Of a DNA stretch of 64,000 bases, positions 10,101 through 20,111 are shown in pieces. The DNA is taken from the NCBI GenBank assembly GCA_000002435.2, contig CM018790.1; one strand, given 5' to 3'. Source of the DNA: Giardia intestinalis (taxonomy: Eukaryota). The position numbers and the translations under genes were made by a program. Every line of letters starts with the position of its first letter. Positions within the stretch are counted from its first letter, which is position 1. The notes below the pieces were generated by a model. That model saw only the letters and a list, made by a program, of their open reading frames with translations. It was not told the origin of the DNA and did no database searches.

Positions 10101-12150
10101 AATTGGGGCGGAGCTCTCCCAGATGGGCACCATCAACGCTGATTTAATAGACATCATCATGTCCACTGTGGAGACGCAAGGAATCTTCAGCCAGCTCAGT
10201 ATCTATTTCCTTGTTATGTCCAAGCTTCTCTTCGTTCTTAGAAGCATTATTTTGAATGAAACCTCATCTGTAACCTCGTCCCTGCGACGGGCAGCAGCCT
10301 CTTATCTTTATCTCATTGGTGACCGCGTCTGGTTGATAGACTACCTGACCACCCTTTTACGGATCATCCGACACTATACAGACCAATCTTCTGCTATTGT
10401 TGCAGCCGGTATAGTCAAGTCACTACTGCCTATCTTTTGCCGGGTGGACGCAGGCCTCTACCTGCTGCTGCAGCTTTGTATTCGAGGTGTCTGTAGCAAG
10501 GAGCGCAAGGCACTGGATACTAATCGTGACGGACTTAGAACTGTGGTATTAACAGACGCAGAGTGCCGCTGCAACTTAGTTTATAATATGGATTTCTGTG
10601 CACAAGTCCTGCGCAATGCGGCCATCTTTTCCTACACTAGAGCCACTGGTCCCACGGTGTCATCATTCGACTTGCAGCGCTCCTGTTCGCCAACCTGCTT
10701 GTGTGATCTAGATGGGCAGAAGTTGTCGTCTGGCTGTGAGGGCAAGCCAAAAACAGCGTGTACCCTCCGGACCATGCTCGGCATTCGGCAAAAGGTGACA
10801 GACCTCATCGATCTGTTGATGAATCCCGCATCGGTACACAGTCTCAGGGTTATAAAGTCTCTCGATGACGTGTCAGAATTGGTACAGTCCGTTTTATTCT
10901 ATGCAGTAACGCGTATCCGTCTATTTTCTGAAATGGAGTGGCTATTGAAGCTCCCATCCATATGCGAGACCATATATATCTATATAGGTAGGTATTCAGA
11001 AGGCACTGATCTCCTGTGCACCCAATCAGATATTGCTAAGTGCCCTGAGCCCATCAGGACGAAGGTCCAAACAATTCACTTTCAAATGCTTGCCAATCTA
11101 TTATCCATACCGGTAAAGCAACATGCGCTCGTGGTTGTTGAACAAGCTGAACGTAGCTCTTCACCCTATTGGACCACCATGCACCAGCTGCTTTCTCACT
11201 TAGTGCATGTCAATGTACCAATTAGCGAGTTCACCCTATCATCTGTGCTGCACCTACTGGTCAAGTTAGGGACAGACCTACACTTAGCTCCACAGTGCCG
11301 ACAAATGGCACTTCAACTGGCGTACATACTGCTATCACGCACTAACGTTGTAACACCTGTAGCACCAGCTCACTTTTTATACATAAACATTATCATAGGC
11401 GCTTTTGGGACTCGCAGGGCGATCCACTCTTTGACGTTTCTGGAATGGACGCTTGAGGTCCAACCCTACATTACGTACTTTATGAATAATTTTGGAGGCT
11501 ACGCGTTCAACCCCCAGCGGCCCTCTATTCCGCGCATTTTCTCATTCATGGAGCCAGCCTGTCCCGATTGTTTCTTCGGCACATGCACATGTTCATTTCT
11601 TTCTGATTCGTTGTACTATAGGAGCGTCAGGGAGATGGCTCATGAACCGTTCCTGAAGAAGATGCTTGCGCTAGGCCAGACGGTCCTTTCTATGATGAAC
11701 ATGCCTATAGCCATTTGCGGGGACATGCGGATATATGAGGACTATGAACAATCATTTACATCACGAATTGAGGAGCTGCGCAAGCCGCGGATTGAAGAGC
11801 GAATGGACTTCATAGCAAAAATTATGCGGAGCCCGGAGGAGCCACAGGATGTGGACAACCCGTCGCAGCAAATGCTGACAAGCACGGAGCTGGCCCGAGA
11901 AGAGATGCGATTAATTCAAGGATACTGTATGCATTCTCAAGACGGAGAGCTCCGCTTGTTGGCACAGCATGTTCTGAAGCTAATCACCTTGATATTGGGG
12001 GACACAATTGCAAAGTATGATGTCCCTGGGACGGGAAAACTTATTCTTCGTGACGCACCCCATAAAAATAAAATGCTGGACAAGTCGGAATTAGTTCTAA
12101 TACACTTCAGAGACAGATGCATCTGTATGAGATCATATTCCAACCCCTAA
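7141..12150 (+). CDS. Large hypothetical protein (1669 aa), predominantly alpha-helical, no recognisable catalytic motif
   Basis: A long uninterrupted ORF starting at a true ATG (7141), with an AT-rich upstream region. Its TAA stop is 5 nt from the stop of the convergent gene. No family recognised by eye. Confidence 0.7.
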   Translation: MPPCTVELSLYFLAWDKVYAYLRYRDLPIFNKTGRHEPLGVFFPAGRPCLIKYQNVELAGEKLDAEWSAACKPTASSPKMLFISDHAEPVEGLSELSLAAVYSVGGDIFFGDRSFLISRFEGFFPIPEMYATSAAQLSGFEFIVKDVHLYISKALLIALHSGDSAALNALPEQGVLHQMRTSIRGISSLSASLVASVELQEQEYNENLEALATLIVPESVQRSSSCPDSESSLFTQLASLLGDVFMPIYLFDFSKGKPPSVDSSEPTLQAYQGERFFISLVADVEVYSKPSSLTWIHRTTTPCFCGTTLRFFLDDMYKIIQLFFQKIELQPVIYLYPAATMNDCNAEIDLVQYSSKSGLFGAVVLVPFLCTHAFLSSAEACIDVAANIFTYCFLSWAVSSILSYSTTHTRMKSSLTDFFMLSLFYQYKSLILSFLSDSGLCMDAYHTYDPQLLEYTAIDRLMKDIHALRQMTYYRYDRRLDLQIYEFIISLHKSASLDLYSSQTSSKYLSDMAKLLAFSLSLDLPSSILTNTWAQDNIIKEVECAFFSPILTRYVALHDGSHALHTKNRTATSSNSHMSFLPTVMFVCGPTDKTYATYFEQHADPVRSIFSRPPQSGSSQNSVFSCLKTLLLLPSNVIGLSSSCPQLRSMKDVLMDTKDVFAEIATYLSPPMTYTFSLLENDHIKLTTYSKHVILSASTIYAQFYSKLYTLPQVTVQSELLRLAESLSIINTIPSKLSCLFCPHYTRNAFFLQIMTPKALKSLHQQEMPDDGQVKAPDGILCIGTAAQECSQSLSAAVELTKIISSTHNQARVLEQLYTGSHHEDRHLSMLTHFDSNFSIPFSSLRLLLDKKVQNERPIVVFKAELNLIFKSISASTGEYFSTSGASSPAPLTDVMFVHILHPGSFRDLAKVFYARDFSNLQLNSGIVVSYPSTNCFVARHARSGILGIVEPFLLFVCPRGNPPDPLRLVEALNMSARNAHLHFLYKIGAELSQMGTINADLIDIIMSTVETQGIFSQLSIYFLVMSKLLFVLRSIILNETSSVTSSLRRAAASYLYLIGDRVWLIDYLTTLLRIIRHYTDQSSAIVAAGIVKSLLPIFCRVDAGLYLLLQLCIRGVCSKERKALDTNRDGLRTVVLTDAECRCNLVYNMDFCAQVLRNAAIFSYTRATGPTVSSFDLQRSCSPTCLCDLDGQKLSSGCEGKPKTACTLRTMLGIRQKVTDLIDLLMNPASVHSLRVIKSLDDVSELVQSVLFYAVTRIRLFSEMEWLLKLPSICETIYIYIGRYSEGTDLLCTQSDIAKCPEPIRTKVQTIHFQMLANLLSIPVKQHALVVVEQAERSSSPYWTTMHQLLSHLVHVNVPISEFTLSSVLHLLVKLGTDLHLAPQCRQMALQLAYILLSRTNVVTPVAPAHFLYINIIIGAFGTRRAIHSLTFLEWTLEVQPYITYFMNNFGGYAFNPQRPSIPRIFSFMEPACPDCFFGTCTCSFLSDSLYYRSVREMAHEPFLKKMLALGQTVLSMMNMPIAICGDMRIYEDYEQSFTSRIEELRKPRIEERMDFIAKIMRSPEEPQDVDNPSQQMLTSTELAREEMRLIQGYCMHSQDGELRLLAQHVLKLITLILGDTIAKYDVPGTGKLILRDAPHKNKMLDKSELVLIHFRDRCICMRSYSNP

Positions 12151-12155
12151 CATGA

Positions 12156-15100
12156 TTACGTGCAGAGCAGCGTGCAGACTTGGTTGAGAGCATCGCAAAT
12201 AGTATCATGGAGGCCTATTTTCTTGGTAGAGCTGTCTAACATTGATACAGACCAAGAGATTCTCTTGAACCTCTCACCAAGTGTACTCTGAATCAGCGAA
12301 ACAGTTCCGTTTATAGTCCTTCTGGTTGGAAGGAACTTTCCAGCGGAGTCCGTCGTGTTCTTGCCCGAGTGATTAGATGTACGTGCTGAGTTTACCACTT
12401 TCATGGCAAAGTTTAAAGCGGTATTTAAAGAGAGAATTAGGCTGTGAACCTCAGTACTCATTTCAGCAGGAACATTGGCTATGCATGCGTTGATAAGGAA
12501 CAATTTCCCGTAAAGTTTGCAGACTCCGGCACGCAAAACAATTTGAGAAGACGCTGTCTCTGATGCTCCCTTCCCTGGCTTACCACTTAGGATTGCCGTA
12601 TCAGGCAGGTACTCCTTCGTTTGATTGAAGACGTTATCAAGATAGGTTTGTAATGTGCCTAAGAGCTCGGTGCAGTATTTTGTAAGCACTTCCTTTGCTT
12701 GGTGAGTATCTGCAAAATGGTATATTATTTTTGCCAACACAAACGACTTAATCATATCTTCAGATATCCTAGAGACGCTAAGAATAAGATTATCTCTGTC
12801 CTTGTTTCCTAGTAAGTCTATCATATCTGTAAGTTCGGTGCTTGTCACTGTCGCAACTATTTTTTTACACTGAGCCATGCTTATCCTTTTAGGCACAACA
12901 CCTTTCGCTAACTTATCAGCTACTCCTTCTAGGGTTAAAGCGGTGGAACGCCCCATGATTTGGGCTAGACTGTTGAACGCTGTACTCTGCAAGAGAATGC
13001 ACAGCACTTCTGGAGCAACTACTATCTGTGCAATGATATCAGCAATGAGCTGGGAGTCGCTGGCGAAAGAAATATGAGCCAAAAGCTGCACTACGTGCAT
13101 AGCAAAGTCTGCTACTCCTGCTGAGACCTTTTTAGGGGTTTTTAGGAAGTTCAGTTCTTTCAGAAGAAACAAAATCTGATGGCATACCGTGGAGGCGAGC
13201 TTGGTTCCTGCCTGCTTATCTGTTGGAGTGCTTGCATGGGTGAGTTGTCGGGTCACGGCTATGGCAGAAGGTTCCATCTGAAGTATGTCCAGCACATCCA
13301 TTGACCCTGCGCCTGCAAGCACTATTAGTGCAATGTGGTCTAAAACGATATTAGGCGATTTGATGCGAGTCCCGTCTGTCAGCTTCTTCAGCTGTAGCTC
13401 GATAATGAACTTTGTTCTCTCCATGAGGATATCCTTAATGGATTGCAAAACCTTCTCGTCTGCCGAGGGGGTTGTCTTAGATTGGCAGTGGGCTAGAATA
13501 GAGTGCGCAAGGGAAATACAGCGAGCCAACGCTAAGAGATAGTCTATTGACATGTACGCACTTATGCTAAACAGAGAGTGCTCATTGGTGGAGGACACTA
13601 CCTTTAGTATTTTGGGTAACTTTAACCCAGTGCTTGTTGCATTCATAGTCATTGTAGACGATGATGCCACTGAAGTCATCTGAGCTGTGAATGCAGTATC
13701 AGCAAGGAAGCCTCCAGGTGCTCCAAACTCAATACCGAACGTTGACCTGGTTAACCTGGTGATTGCAGGAAGTAGCGTCGCGTTGCAATCATTGAGCGTC
13801 TGAGTGGTGAACAAGAGCACAGTGATAAGGTCTATTACATATCTTGATACCAAGGGAGTGGAGCCCACAGCTATTGTTCCCATAGCCTCGGACTGAAATG
13901 CAACCATGAAAAGGTCTAATGCGTCACGACCGTTCATCCCACTAAGAGACACCAGCAACTCGCGTAGTGGTCTATTCACCACCTGGTTAACCTCTGGGTA
14001 AGGGCGTGTTTGGAGGTTGTACATAAGATCCTGCACAGATAAGAACGCCAGAAGAAGGCTCTGGGCAGAGAGTCTAACGGCGCCACAGGAAGGGCTGTCT
14101 GGTGCAGAGAGCGTGTTATCGCATCCTGTATCCAAAAAGGGCTTTATGAGGAAGTAATATATGTAATGAGACTTTTCTTTTCCAGCAATGAGGAGACATC
14201 CAAGAGCGTAGTGATAAGAATTGTAACACAAAAGAGGCTTCAGCACACGGTCGAAGATAGTCTTAGTGTTTGCGCTATTCTTTAGGCACAATCGTAGCGC
14301 CACACGCAGTAGTCGGGGGTATGCATATATGACTTGAAAATCTCCCGAAAATGGCGTTACAACCTCTTTGTTGATGTGCTTGGCCTGAGTCTCAAAGGCT
14401 AGTGCAGAGATTCCCGGTGTTTGTGGGGTCTTTTTATAGCTATAGAACACTAGAATCCGCACCACTGAACTAAGATAAGACAAGAGATTAGAGTCTAGGA
14501 CATAGTCGTTCAATATACCGTACAGGAGGAACCAAGCAAATAAGCACAGCGGCTGGAGGCGACACGGTGCGGGCAAGAATGCACGTTTATCCATTCCTGC
14601 CTTCCTTGTTGATCCGTCAGGGCCATTTGCAAGGATCTCCTTGAAAGACTTATCCCAATCTTTTGTTAGAGTATTAGTGGATTCCTTGATTGTGGAGCAA
14701 AAGGGAGCCACCTCGATAACGTGTTTGTATTCCAACAACAGCTGCTGAAGGGGAGCTCCTGGAATACCTAGTAAGTCTGCGGGCAAGTCAGCGGTTGAGG
14801 ATGTATTTGTGAACTGGCTAGCCTCTGCTGCTGTTATCTGATACAATATGTTGAGTCTCTCAAACGTTGCCAATGTCGCAGAGACCAAGCGAGGGTTCCT
14901 TTGCATAAAGGAAAAGAAGGTCTGTTGCGGAGATGAGAGCACTTGAAAGTAACGTACAAGAAAAAGCGTGGTCCTGGAAGAGGTGCCATAGATCGTCTTT
15001 CCAGAGGCACACAGGTGGGAGAAAACGTCAAAGCTTGCGTTCAAAAGACAAATAAATACGTCTGTAAGAAGGGGCGAAAGAGTGTCTGAATGCCTGATCA

Positions 15101-18100
15101 ACCCAGAAACTTGCTGCCAAAAGACGTAGGAGAGCTTGTTTATCATTCGAACAAGATGGTTATTCAGCTGATGATCAGAAGAAGCACCCTCCAGCATGGC
15201 GCTAATAAGGCAGCTCAAGCACCTTAGAGCAATCATGCGCGCAGGAAGAAGCACATCGCCTTCAGAGGGTGGACGCTGCGTAGCCAGGAACACCCTGTGC
15301 TCCAAAAGAAGAACAATCAACAAGTCTAGCAGTGCCTCTAGGGGGCTACCTGGGCAGTCCACTGATTCATCCGTGCACAAAAAGCTCCGCGTGAGAGAAG
15401 GATTGAGTAGGCAAACGGTTAGTTTTCCTACCGTTAAATTTTCTATGAGTTTGTGCCCAAAAACCAATACTATATGGGTAAAGGATTGCAAAGAAAAAAC
15501 AAGCCTATCGACATCGACCGGAGAGTTGGATTGCATGGATAAATGTGTGAGACCATCTGTCTTTTCCAAATCGACATCTAAATTAAGACGTGTCTCGCTC
15601 AGTCTAAAGGCCGCATGCAACAGGTAGAGAGACCCATCAAGCGAATCAACTAGAAGCGAGATGATCTTAAAGTATGACGACTGGGTATCAACCGCATCCT
15701 GCCTAGCCATTGTACCTACCATTTCATATATCAAAATGTCAAATGCATCAGGTATAGAGTGCATTTCTATGCATCTCTGTAGAACGTCATACATTAGCAC
15801 AAGTGCAGCTCCGCGCGGCTGCCGTAACTCCTCCATAAGATGGACACTATATTCTTCGGCTAAGCCAGGCAATTGTCGACAAAATAGAAGGGAGAAAAGA
15901 AAAGCCAACACATCCTCCATGACAGGAGAGGGCGAATCACTTTGGCTATAGATGCTCTCACATACGTCAAAAAGGAGCTGAGTAGGGCGACACAAGCTCA
16001 ACTGCTTAAACCTGGCTTCTATTGCTGATGAGGTAGACTCAGTATGGTGCACCGACTTGTCTGAACCCGGTGAATCAACAGACCTTGGGTGGGATAGAAG
16101 CAGATACCCAGCAAAATCTAAATATAGTGAAAGAAATGTGCTATTGAATGCATCGACTGTTATCTGTGGCTGTTCCACGCCGTCAGTTGGCGGTGTGGAC
16201 CAAATTGTGCAATTGACGTCTGATGAACCGAAAAATGCACTTCTCAGCAGAAGAAGCTTCTCGTGGTTGTCCTTGGGAAGTGATGTAACGAAGTTAATAA
16301 ATAGTGGGCTGAATCGTTCAAAGCTTTGGAAAAGGCCAAAGAACAGTAGGTGGATGTGAAGAAGAAAGTAAAGCCGATGAGCACTGTTGAAGCCTGAAGT
16401 CGTGAAGGCCGCATTTCCAAACGAGCAGTACGCAGCCAGTATTTCCAAAAGCGTACTCCTATCCTCGGATTCTGCCTCCAGAACTTTGAGGCAGACCACG
16501 TAAAAGAGCAAATAGAGCGTGTCAATTGGTACGGGATCTGCCTCTGTTTGCCAGTTATCCTCTTGAAAGTTCGGTATTATTGCACCGATAGCCTTCTTGA
16601 CGCACTGCAACAGGTCGTTATATTGGTTGAACAAAACATTGTGCTGTTGTGTCCAGTACTGGCTCTCCGTTAACAGGACCCACAAGAGGTGCCGTGTCGC
16701 CGGTTCTGTACAAACGACGAGTAACTTATTAGCTAATACAAATGTATCTTTGGAACAATTGAGCGAAGCTTTTGTTACGAAACTACTTACTAGGAGAGAG
16801 GCTCCGCTAAAAAGAAGGCTAGCGACTAATTCTACGGCAACCATTGCAAGGTTGCTTCCTACATTGTAAATCTTATCTCCTAATGTGTCCAGAACCGAGT
16901 GCGTAAGCTCGAGAGGTGCTTGTACTGACGCTATGAGACGGGGAAGATAGGAGAGGTATACCTCTAATCGCTGAGCAAACCGGAGATCCGTATGCCTACG
17001 TGTAAAGACTATCTGAGCGTACATGGGTCCCACATGATGGAGAATAAGACCATCGGCACCAGATTCATCCGGTTTATCAGTAGTGAATTTGAGCTTAAGT
17101 GATGGCCATCCGTGAGAGCTTGTTACACAGAGGGAGCGATAAAGCATAACGGTAATATTTGAGGTGGCAGTAAAAAGCTCTGTGAACGCGGCTCCAAGTT
17201 TAGAATACGGAGACACAGTCAAGATATATGGAAGAACACACATCAGTGCATCTATGTATATGGTGGATACGACTGTAGCTTCTTGCAATAGGGGAGCTAG
17301 CAGTTGCAGCACCCCTGTTAAGCGAAGAGGAAGAAAAGTGGCCAGTGCGGTAAGCATACCAGGAGACCCGGCATCCATCGCTGTCAAGTACTGTTCGGCA
17401 CAGCAGAAAAATAGAAGTGCGTTATAAGCATAGCAACTCAAAAGACAATCTGGAACCTCGTCGATAAGATATTTATGGCAGCGGGCTCGAACCCCGGCAT
17501 CATCTATACTGAGGTGAGTAGTGCACGCAAAGAAAAATACGTAATTAGTACACAGATCCTCCAACTTGCGGCAGTCGGTGTCACTCATCGCATTGGGATC
17601 TGAAAGATACTCAATGGAATAGGCTGCAGGGTCATATAAAAGGCTATCTATGTGCAGTAACCGGGGAAGGATATCAAATAACGCCTTCACAAGCACCATG
17701 TCACTATTAGCCAATAGTAAGCGTGAAGCAGTAGCTTTCAACCTAAGCAAATCTATAGCGCATTGTGCGGGAGGCTGCAGATTGAGAAGACATGATTGCT
17801 CAGGGATAGAGGAGGACGCATCTTCCTTTGAAAGATATCGTGAAAGGAGCAGAAAGGCGTTGGTGCGCTCAAGAGTGGTCGCCTGTTCAAAAGCAATCAC
17901 GTCAAGGATGGCTGACATGACCGCCTTGCAGCAGAGGGGGTCCTTCATCCACGAAATGACAAGGTCGAACGTACGAGCAGACAGGGGGTCAGTTTCGACC
18001 ATTTGTACAGAGCAAAGCGAGATTATAATGGAAAAGAACATGGAGGAAAATGCCTTCTTATCCATCCTCTCGTACACAGTCTGGATAATGTCTAGAAGGG

Positions 18101-18446
18101 CTTCTCGTGTCTGTATCTTTGAGAGCGGCATAAAGTCCAAGAGAGGTTGCAGCAGTACATGCGCCGTCCGACTCAAGCCATCTGGTGATTGTAACGTAAG
18201 AAGCAGCTGAATTATTTCCATGCAACAGGCGTGCACTCCTGTCTGCAAATGTGGCAGGAGTCCGTAAGACAGCTTCTGGGAAACCGCGACAGGAGAATAC
18301 AATTCGTCAAACTGGTCGGCACGCTGGACAAGCTCAAGAGTTTTCTGGAAAGCTCTGGCACAGTCCGACCAATCCCTTGCTGTATTGTCGACTTGACTGA
18401 GCATATTCAAGATGCTATTGGTCAACCCAATAGCGACCTTAGCCAT
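12156..18446 (-). CDS. Very large protein (2096 aa), probably Dopey (DOP1/Pad-1) family
   Basis: An uninterrupted 6.3-kb ORF with a true ATG at complement(18444..18446). The N-terminus (...WSDCARAFQKTLELVQ...VSQKLSYGLLPHLQTGVHACCMEIIQLL...) resembles the conserved Dopey N-terminal domain pattern (W-ADxI-F-L-K-L ... LP-GVH-KALE-YE-I) as I remember it. The family call is from memory of that pattern and has not been searched. Confidence 0.5.
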   Translation of the reverse strand: MAKVAIGLTNSILNMLSQVDNTARDWSDCARAFQKTLELVQRADQFDELYSPVAVSQKLSYGLLPHLQTGVHACCMEIIQLLLTLQSPDGLSRTAHVLLQPLLDFMPLSKIQTREALLDIIQTVYERMDKKAFSSMFFSIIISLCSVQMVETDPLSARTFDLVISWMKDPLCCKAVMSAILDVIAFEQATTLERTNAFLLLSRYLSKEDASSSIPEQSCLLNLQPPAQCAIDLLRLKATASRLLLANSDMVLVKALFDILPRLLHIDSLLYDPAAYSIEYLSDPNAMSDTDCRKLEDLCTNYVFFFACTTHLSIDDAGVRARCHKYLIDEVPDCLLSCYAYNALLFFCCAEQYLTAMDAGSPGMLTALATFLPLRLTGVLQLLAPLLQEATVVSTIYIDALMCVLPYILTVSPYSKLGAAFTELFTATSNITVMLYRSLCVTSSHGWPSLKLKFTTDKPDESGADGLILHHVGPMYAQIVFTRRHTDLRFAQRLEVYLSYLPRLIASVQAPLELTHSVLDTLGDKIYNVGSNLAMVAVELVASLLFSGASLLVSSFVTKASLNCSKDTFVLANKLLVVCTEPATRHLLWVLLTESQYWTQQHNVLFNQYNDLLQCVKKAIGAIIPNFQEDNWQTEADPVPIDTLYLLFYVVCLKVLEAESEDRSTLLEILAAYCSFGNAAFTTSGFNSAHRLYFLLHIHLLFFGLFQSFERFSPLFINFVTSLPKDNHEKLLLLRSAFFGSSDVNCTIWSTPPTDGVEQPQITVDAFNSTFLSLYLDFAGYLLLSHPRSVDSPGSDKSVHHTESTSSAIEARFKQLSLCRPTQLLFDVCESIYSQSDSPSPVMEDVLAFLFSLLFCRQLPGLAEEYSVHLMEELRQPRGAALVLMYDVLQRCIEMHSIPDAFDILIYEMVGTMARQDAVDTQSSYFKIISLLVDSLDGSLYLLHAAFRLSETRLNLDVDLEKTDGLTHLSMQSNSPVDVDRLVFSLQSFTHIVLVFGHKLIENLTVGKLTVCLLNPSLTRSFLCTDESVDCPGSPLEALLDLLIVLLLEHRVFLATQRPPSEGDVLLPARMIALRCLSCLISAMLEGASSDHQLNNHLVRMINKLSYVFWQQVSGLIRHSDTLSPLLTDVFICLLNASFDVFSHLCASGKTIYGTSSRTTLFLVRYFQVLSSPQQTFFSFMQRNPRLVSATLATFERLNILYQITAAEASQFTNTSSTADLPADLLGIPGAPLQQLLLEYKHVIEVAPFCSTIKESTNTLTKDWDKSFKEILANGPDGSTRKAGMDKRAFLPAPCRLQPLCLFAWFLLYGILNDYVLDSNLLSYLSSVVRILVFYSYKKTPQTPGISALAFETQAKHINKEVVTPFSGDFQVIYAYPRLLRVALRLCLKNSANTKTIFDRVLKPLLCYNSYHYALGCLLIAGKEKSHYIYYFLIKPFLDTGCDNTLSAPDSPSCGAVRLSAQSLLLAFLSVQDLMYNLQTRPYPEVNQVVNRPLRELLVSLSGMNGRDALDLFMVAFQSEAMGTIAVGSTPLVSRYVIDLITVLLFTTQTLNDCNATLLPAITRLTRSTFGIEFGAPGGFLADTAFTAQMTSVASSSTMTMNATSTGLKLPKILKVVSSTNEHSLFSISAYMSIDYLLALARCISLAHSILAHCQSKTTPSADEKVLQSIKDILMERTKFIIELQLKKLTDGTRIKSPNIVLDHIALIVLAGAGSMDVLDILQMEPSAIAVTRQLTHASTPTDKQAGTKLASTVCHQILFLLKELNFLKTPKKVSAGVADFAMHVVQLLAHISFASDSQLIADIIAQIVVAPEVLCILLQSTAFNSLAQIMGRSTALTLEGVADKLAKGVVPKRISMAQCKKIVATVTSTELTDMIDLLGNKDRDNLILSVSRISEDMIKSFVLAKIIYHFADTHQAKEVLTKYCTELLGTLQTYLDNVFNQTKEYLPDTAILSGKPGKGASETASSQIVLRAGVCKLYGKLFLINACIANVPAEMSTEVHSLILSLNTALNFAMKVVNSARTSNHSGKNTTDSAGKFLPTRRTINGTVSLIQSTLGERFKRISWSVSMLDSSTKKIGLHDTICDALNQVCTLLCT

Positions 18447-18519
18447 TGCAAAAACTAAAAAACCTTTCGGTACTCTCTTTCGACACTCTCTCTCGGCGCC
18501 CTTGGTCTAGATATCGAAA

Positions 18520-20004
18520 ATGCCAAATCACAGTGTTGTAAGCACCGAAACTCTATCGGAGCATCAAGTCTTCGTCATGAGTGATGCATCTTGCTGCTCC
18601 ACCATGAGCACAAAGCCACAGGATCGCTCGGACATCGGTCTTTTCGTGGTGAAAAACACAATCAAAGCCATTGAGCCGTCCCATAAAGGCACCACAAGCG
18701 TGACAGTCAATAATATGCCAGTCCTTAGATCCGATGGCCAACACTCTGCAAACCCTAAGCAAAAGAAGAATCAACCGACTCTCCTGACAGTTTATGGGTT
18801 TGCCACTAACGACAGGAAGTTCAACTATCTCCTGAAATTGAGACAGGCCTCTAACGGTGGCGTTGTTGAGCCTGTGCTGGTTTCTGAGCGACTCTCGCTG
18901 CCAGTGGATCAGTGTCTTACGGTCCACGACCAAGTCAAGAAGCTTAAGGTGTCTGTGCTTGGCCTGCTAGAAAGATATGAAAGGGTTATCTACACGGGTA
19001 AAGAGAAGATGGGAAAGCACTTCGATTACACCGTTTTCGTTACTGATCAAAACTCGCGACTTCGTGAGCTCTTCTGGTTGGACTTTACTCGCGAGAGGGT
19101 GCTGACAAGTCATACAATAGAGAGCGTGTTTCTGGAATACGATCGTTGCCAGGAGGAATTCACACGCCTCAACACGAAATACACCAACCTACTGGCTGAG
19201 TATAATAAGGTGGATGCTGAGATTAAGGCCTTTGAAAAGATGAACGATGTCAGCCTGTTGTCATGTTCTCTGGCCAAGTACGTCAATGTGCAGAACCTTG
19301 ACGATTTCTTTACCACTGACTATCTCACGTGTTGTCTTATCGTAGTGCCAAAGACAGGCGTTAATGAATTTCTTGCTGAGTATGCTGCTCTCGGCTGTGA
19401 GGATGCTGATGGGGCGAAGAAGAAAGGAAGGCCTGATCAACCAACAGTAACACCAACCCTTCCACTTGATGGGGACAGTGCAGTGTTGGGCGTTGTTCCA
19501 GGGTCTGCTCGTAGGCTGAAGGATGACTCCACACACGCTCTCTTCTCGGTTATTCTCTTCAAGAAAGACCAGCAACGCTGTCTAGATTACTTCCGAGAGA
19601 AGAAGTGGATTGTTAGGGAGTACATTCCCGAAGAAGCAGACGCTGGTTCGGAAGGAAGATTGGCGACCCTAACGCACGTGAAGGCTGACCGTGAGAAGGC
19701 CTTTCAACAGCACATTGAAAGTACTCTTGCTGCCTGTTTGGCACTTGCCATTGACACCTCTATTCTAGAGCTGTATATAGAGGCCCAGCTTCGCTTTGGC
19801 GCAGACTTCCAAATGCTCATGTTCATGAGCAGCGGAGTAACCAGGAAAGGGCTCAAACAAATTGTCAACTATTCGTTCAATGAGCTGTTGAACGGGTGCG
19901 ACCAGAGGGTCTATGACGTGGATGTTGAAGCTGAGAATCCCTATCTACCGTTTGTGCTCTGCTCTACCAAATTGGCAGATGAAGCAGCCATTAAGGCTAA
20001 GTGA
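18520..20004 (+). CDS. V-type H+-ATPase subunit C (V1 complex)
   Basis: Conserved blocks align to eukaryotic subunit C: SLLSCSLAKYV (cf. SLLTRSLAEIV), TDYLTCCLIVVPK (cf. SEYLVTLLVVVPK), VVPGSA (cf. VVPRSS), SVILFKK (cf. NVTLFRK), EKKWIVREY (cf. ENKFIVRDF). True ATG at 18520. An AGTGAAC motif overlaps the TGA stop. Confidence 0.85.
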   Translation: MPNHSVVSTETLSEHQVFVMSDASCCSTMSTKPQDRSDIGLFVVKNTIKAIEPSHKGTTSVTVNNMPVLRSDGQHSANPKQKKNQPTLLTVYGFATNDRKFNYLLKLRQASNGGVVEPVLVSERLSLPVDQCLTVHDQVKKLKVSVLGLLERYERVIYTGKEKMGKHFDYTVFVTDQNSRLRELFWLDFTRERVLTSHTIESVFLEYDRCQEEFTRLNTKYTNLLAEYNKVDAEIKAFEKMNDVSLLSCSLAKYVNVQNLDDFFTTDYLTCCLIVVPKTGVNEFLAEYAALGCEDADGAKKKGRPDQPTVTPTLPLDGDSAVLGVVPGSARRLKDDSTHALFSVILFKKDQQRCLDYFREKKWIVREYIPEEADAGSEGRLATLTHVKADREKAFQQHIESTLAACLALAIDTSILELYIEAQLRFGADFQMLMFMSSGVTRKGLKQIVNYSFNELLNGCDQRVYDVDVEAENPYLPFVLCSTKLADEAAIKAK

Positions 20005-20006
20005 AC
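20000..20006 (+). promoter_or_regulatory. Putative polyadenylation signal AGTGAAC (AGTRAAY class) overlapping the stop codon of the V-ATPase C gene
   Basis: Sequence aAGTGAAC at 20000..20006, with the TGA stop at 20002..20004. The Giardia poly(A) signal consensus is AGTPuAAPy, usually within about 20 nt of the stop. Confidence 0.4.
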
Positions 20007-20111
20007 GTTTTGATGCCGCCCATCTGTTTGTGATTAGATTTCTGCAGTTTGCTTCTACGGTTCTGGTTGCGGAGTCAACAGAGTGAATTCACCGTAAACT
20101 CAGTATCTGCC

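Noticed and set aside
20080-20090. Palindromic GTGAATTCAC (contains AGTGAAT) as a shared bidirectional poly(A) signal for the convergent V-ATPase C and EF-hand genes
   Set aside because: On the minus strand the motif reads GGTGAAT (no AGT). The V-ATPase gene already has a better AGTGAAC overlapping its stop. Probably coincidental (it also contains an EcoRI site).
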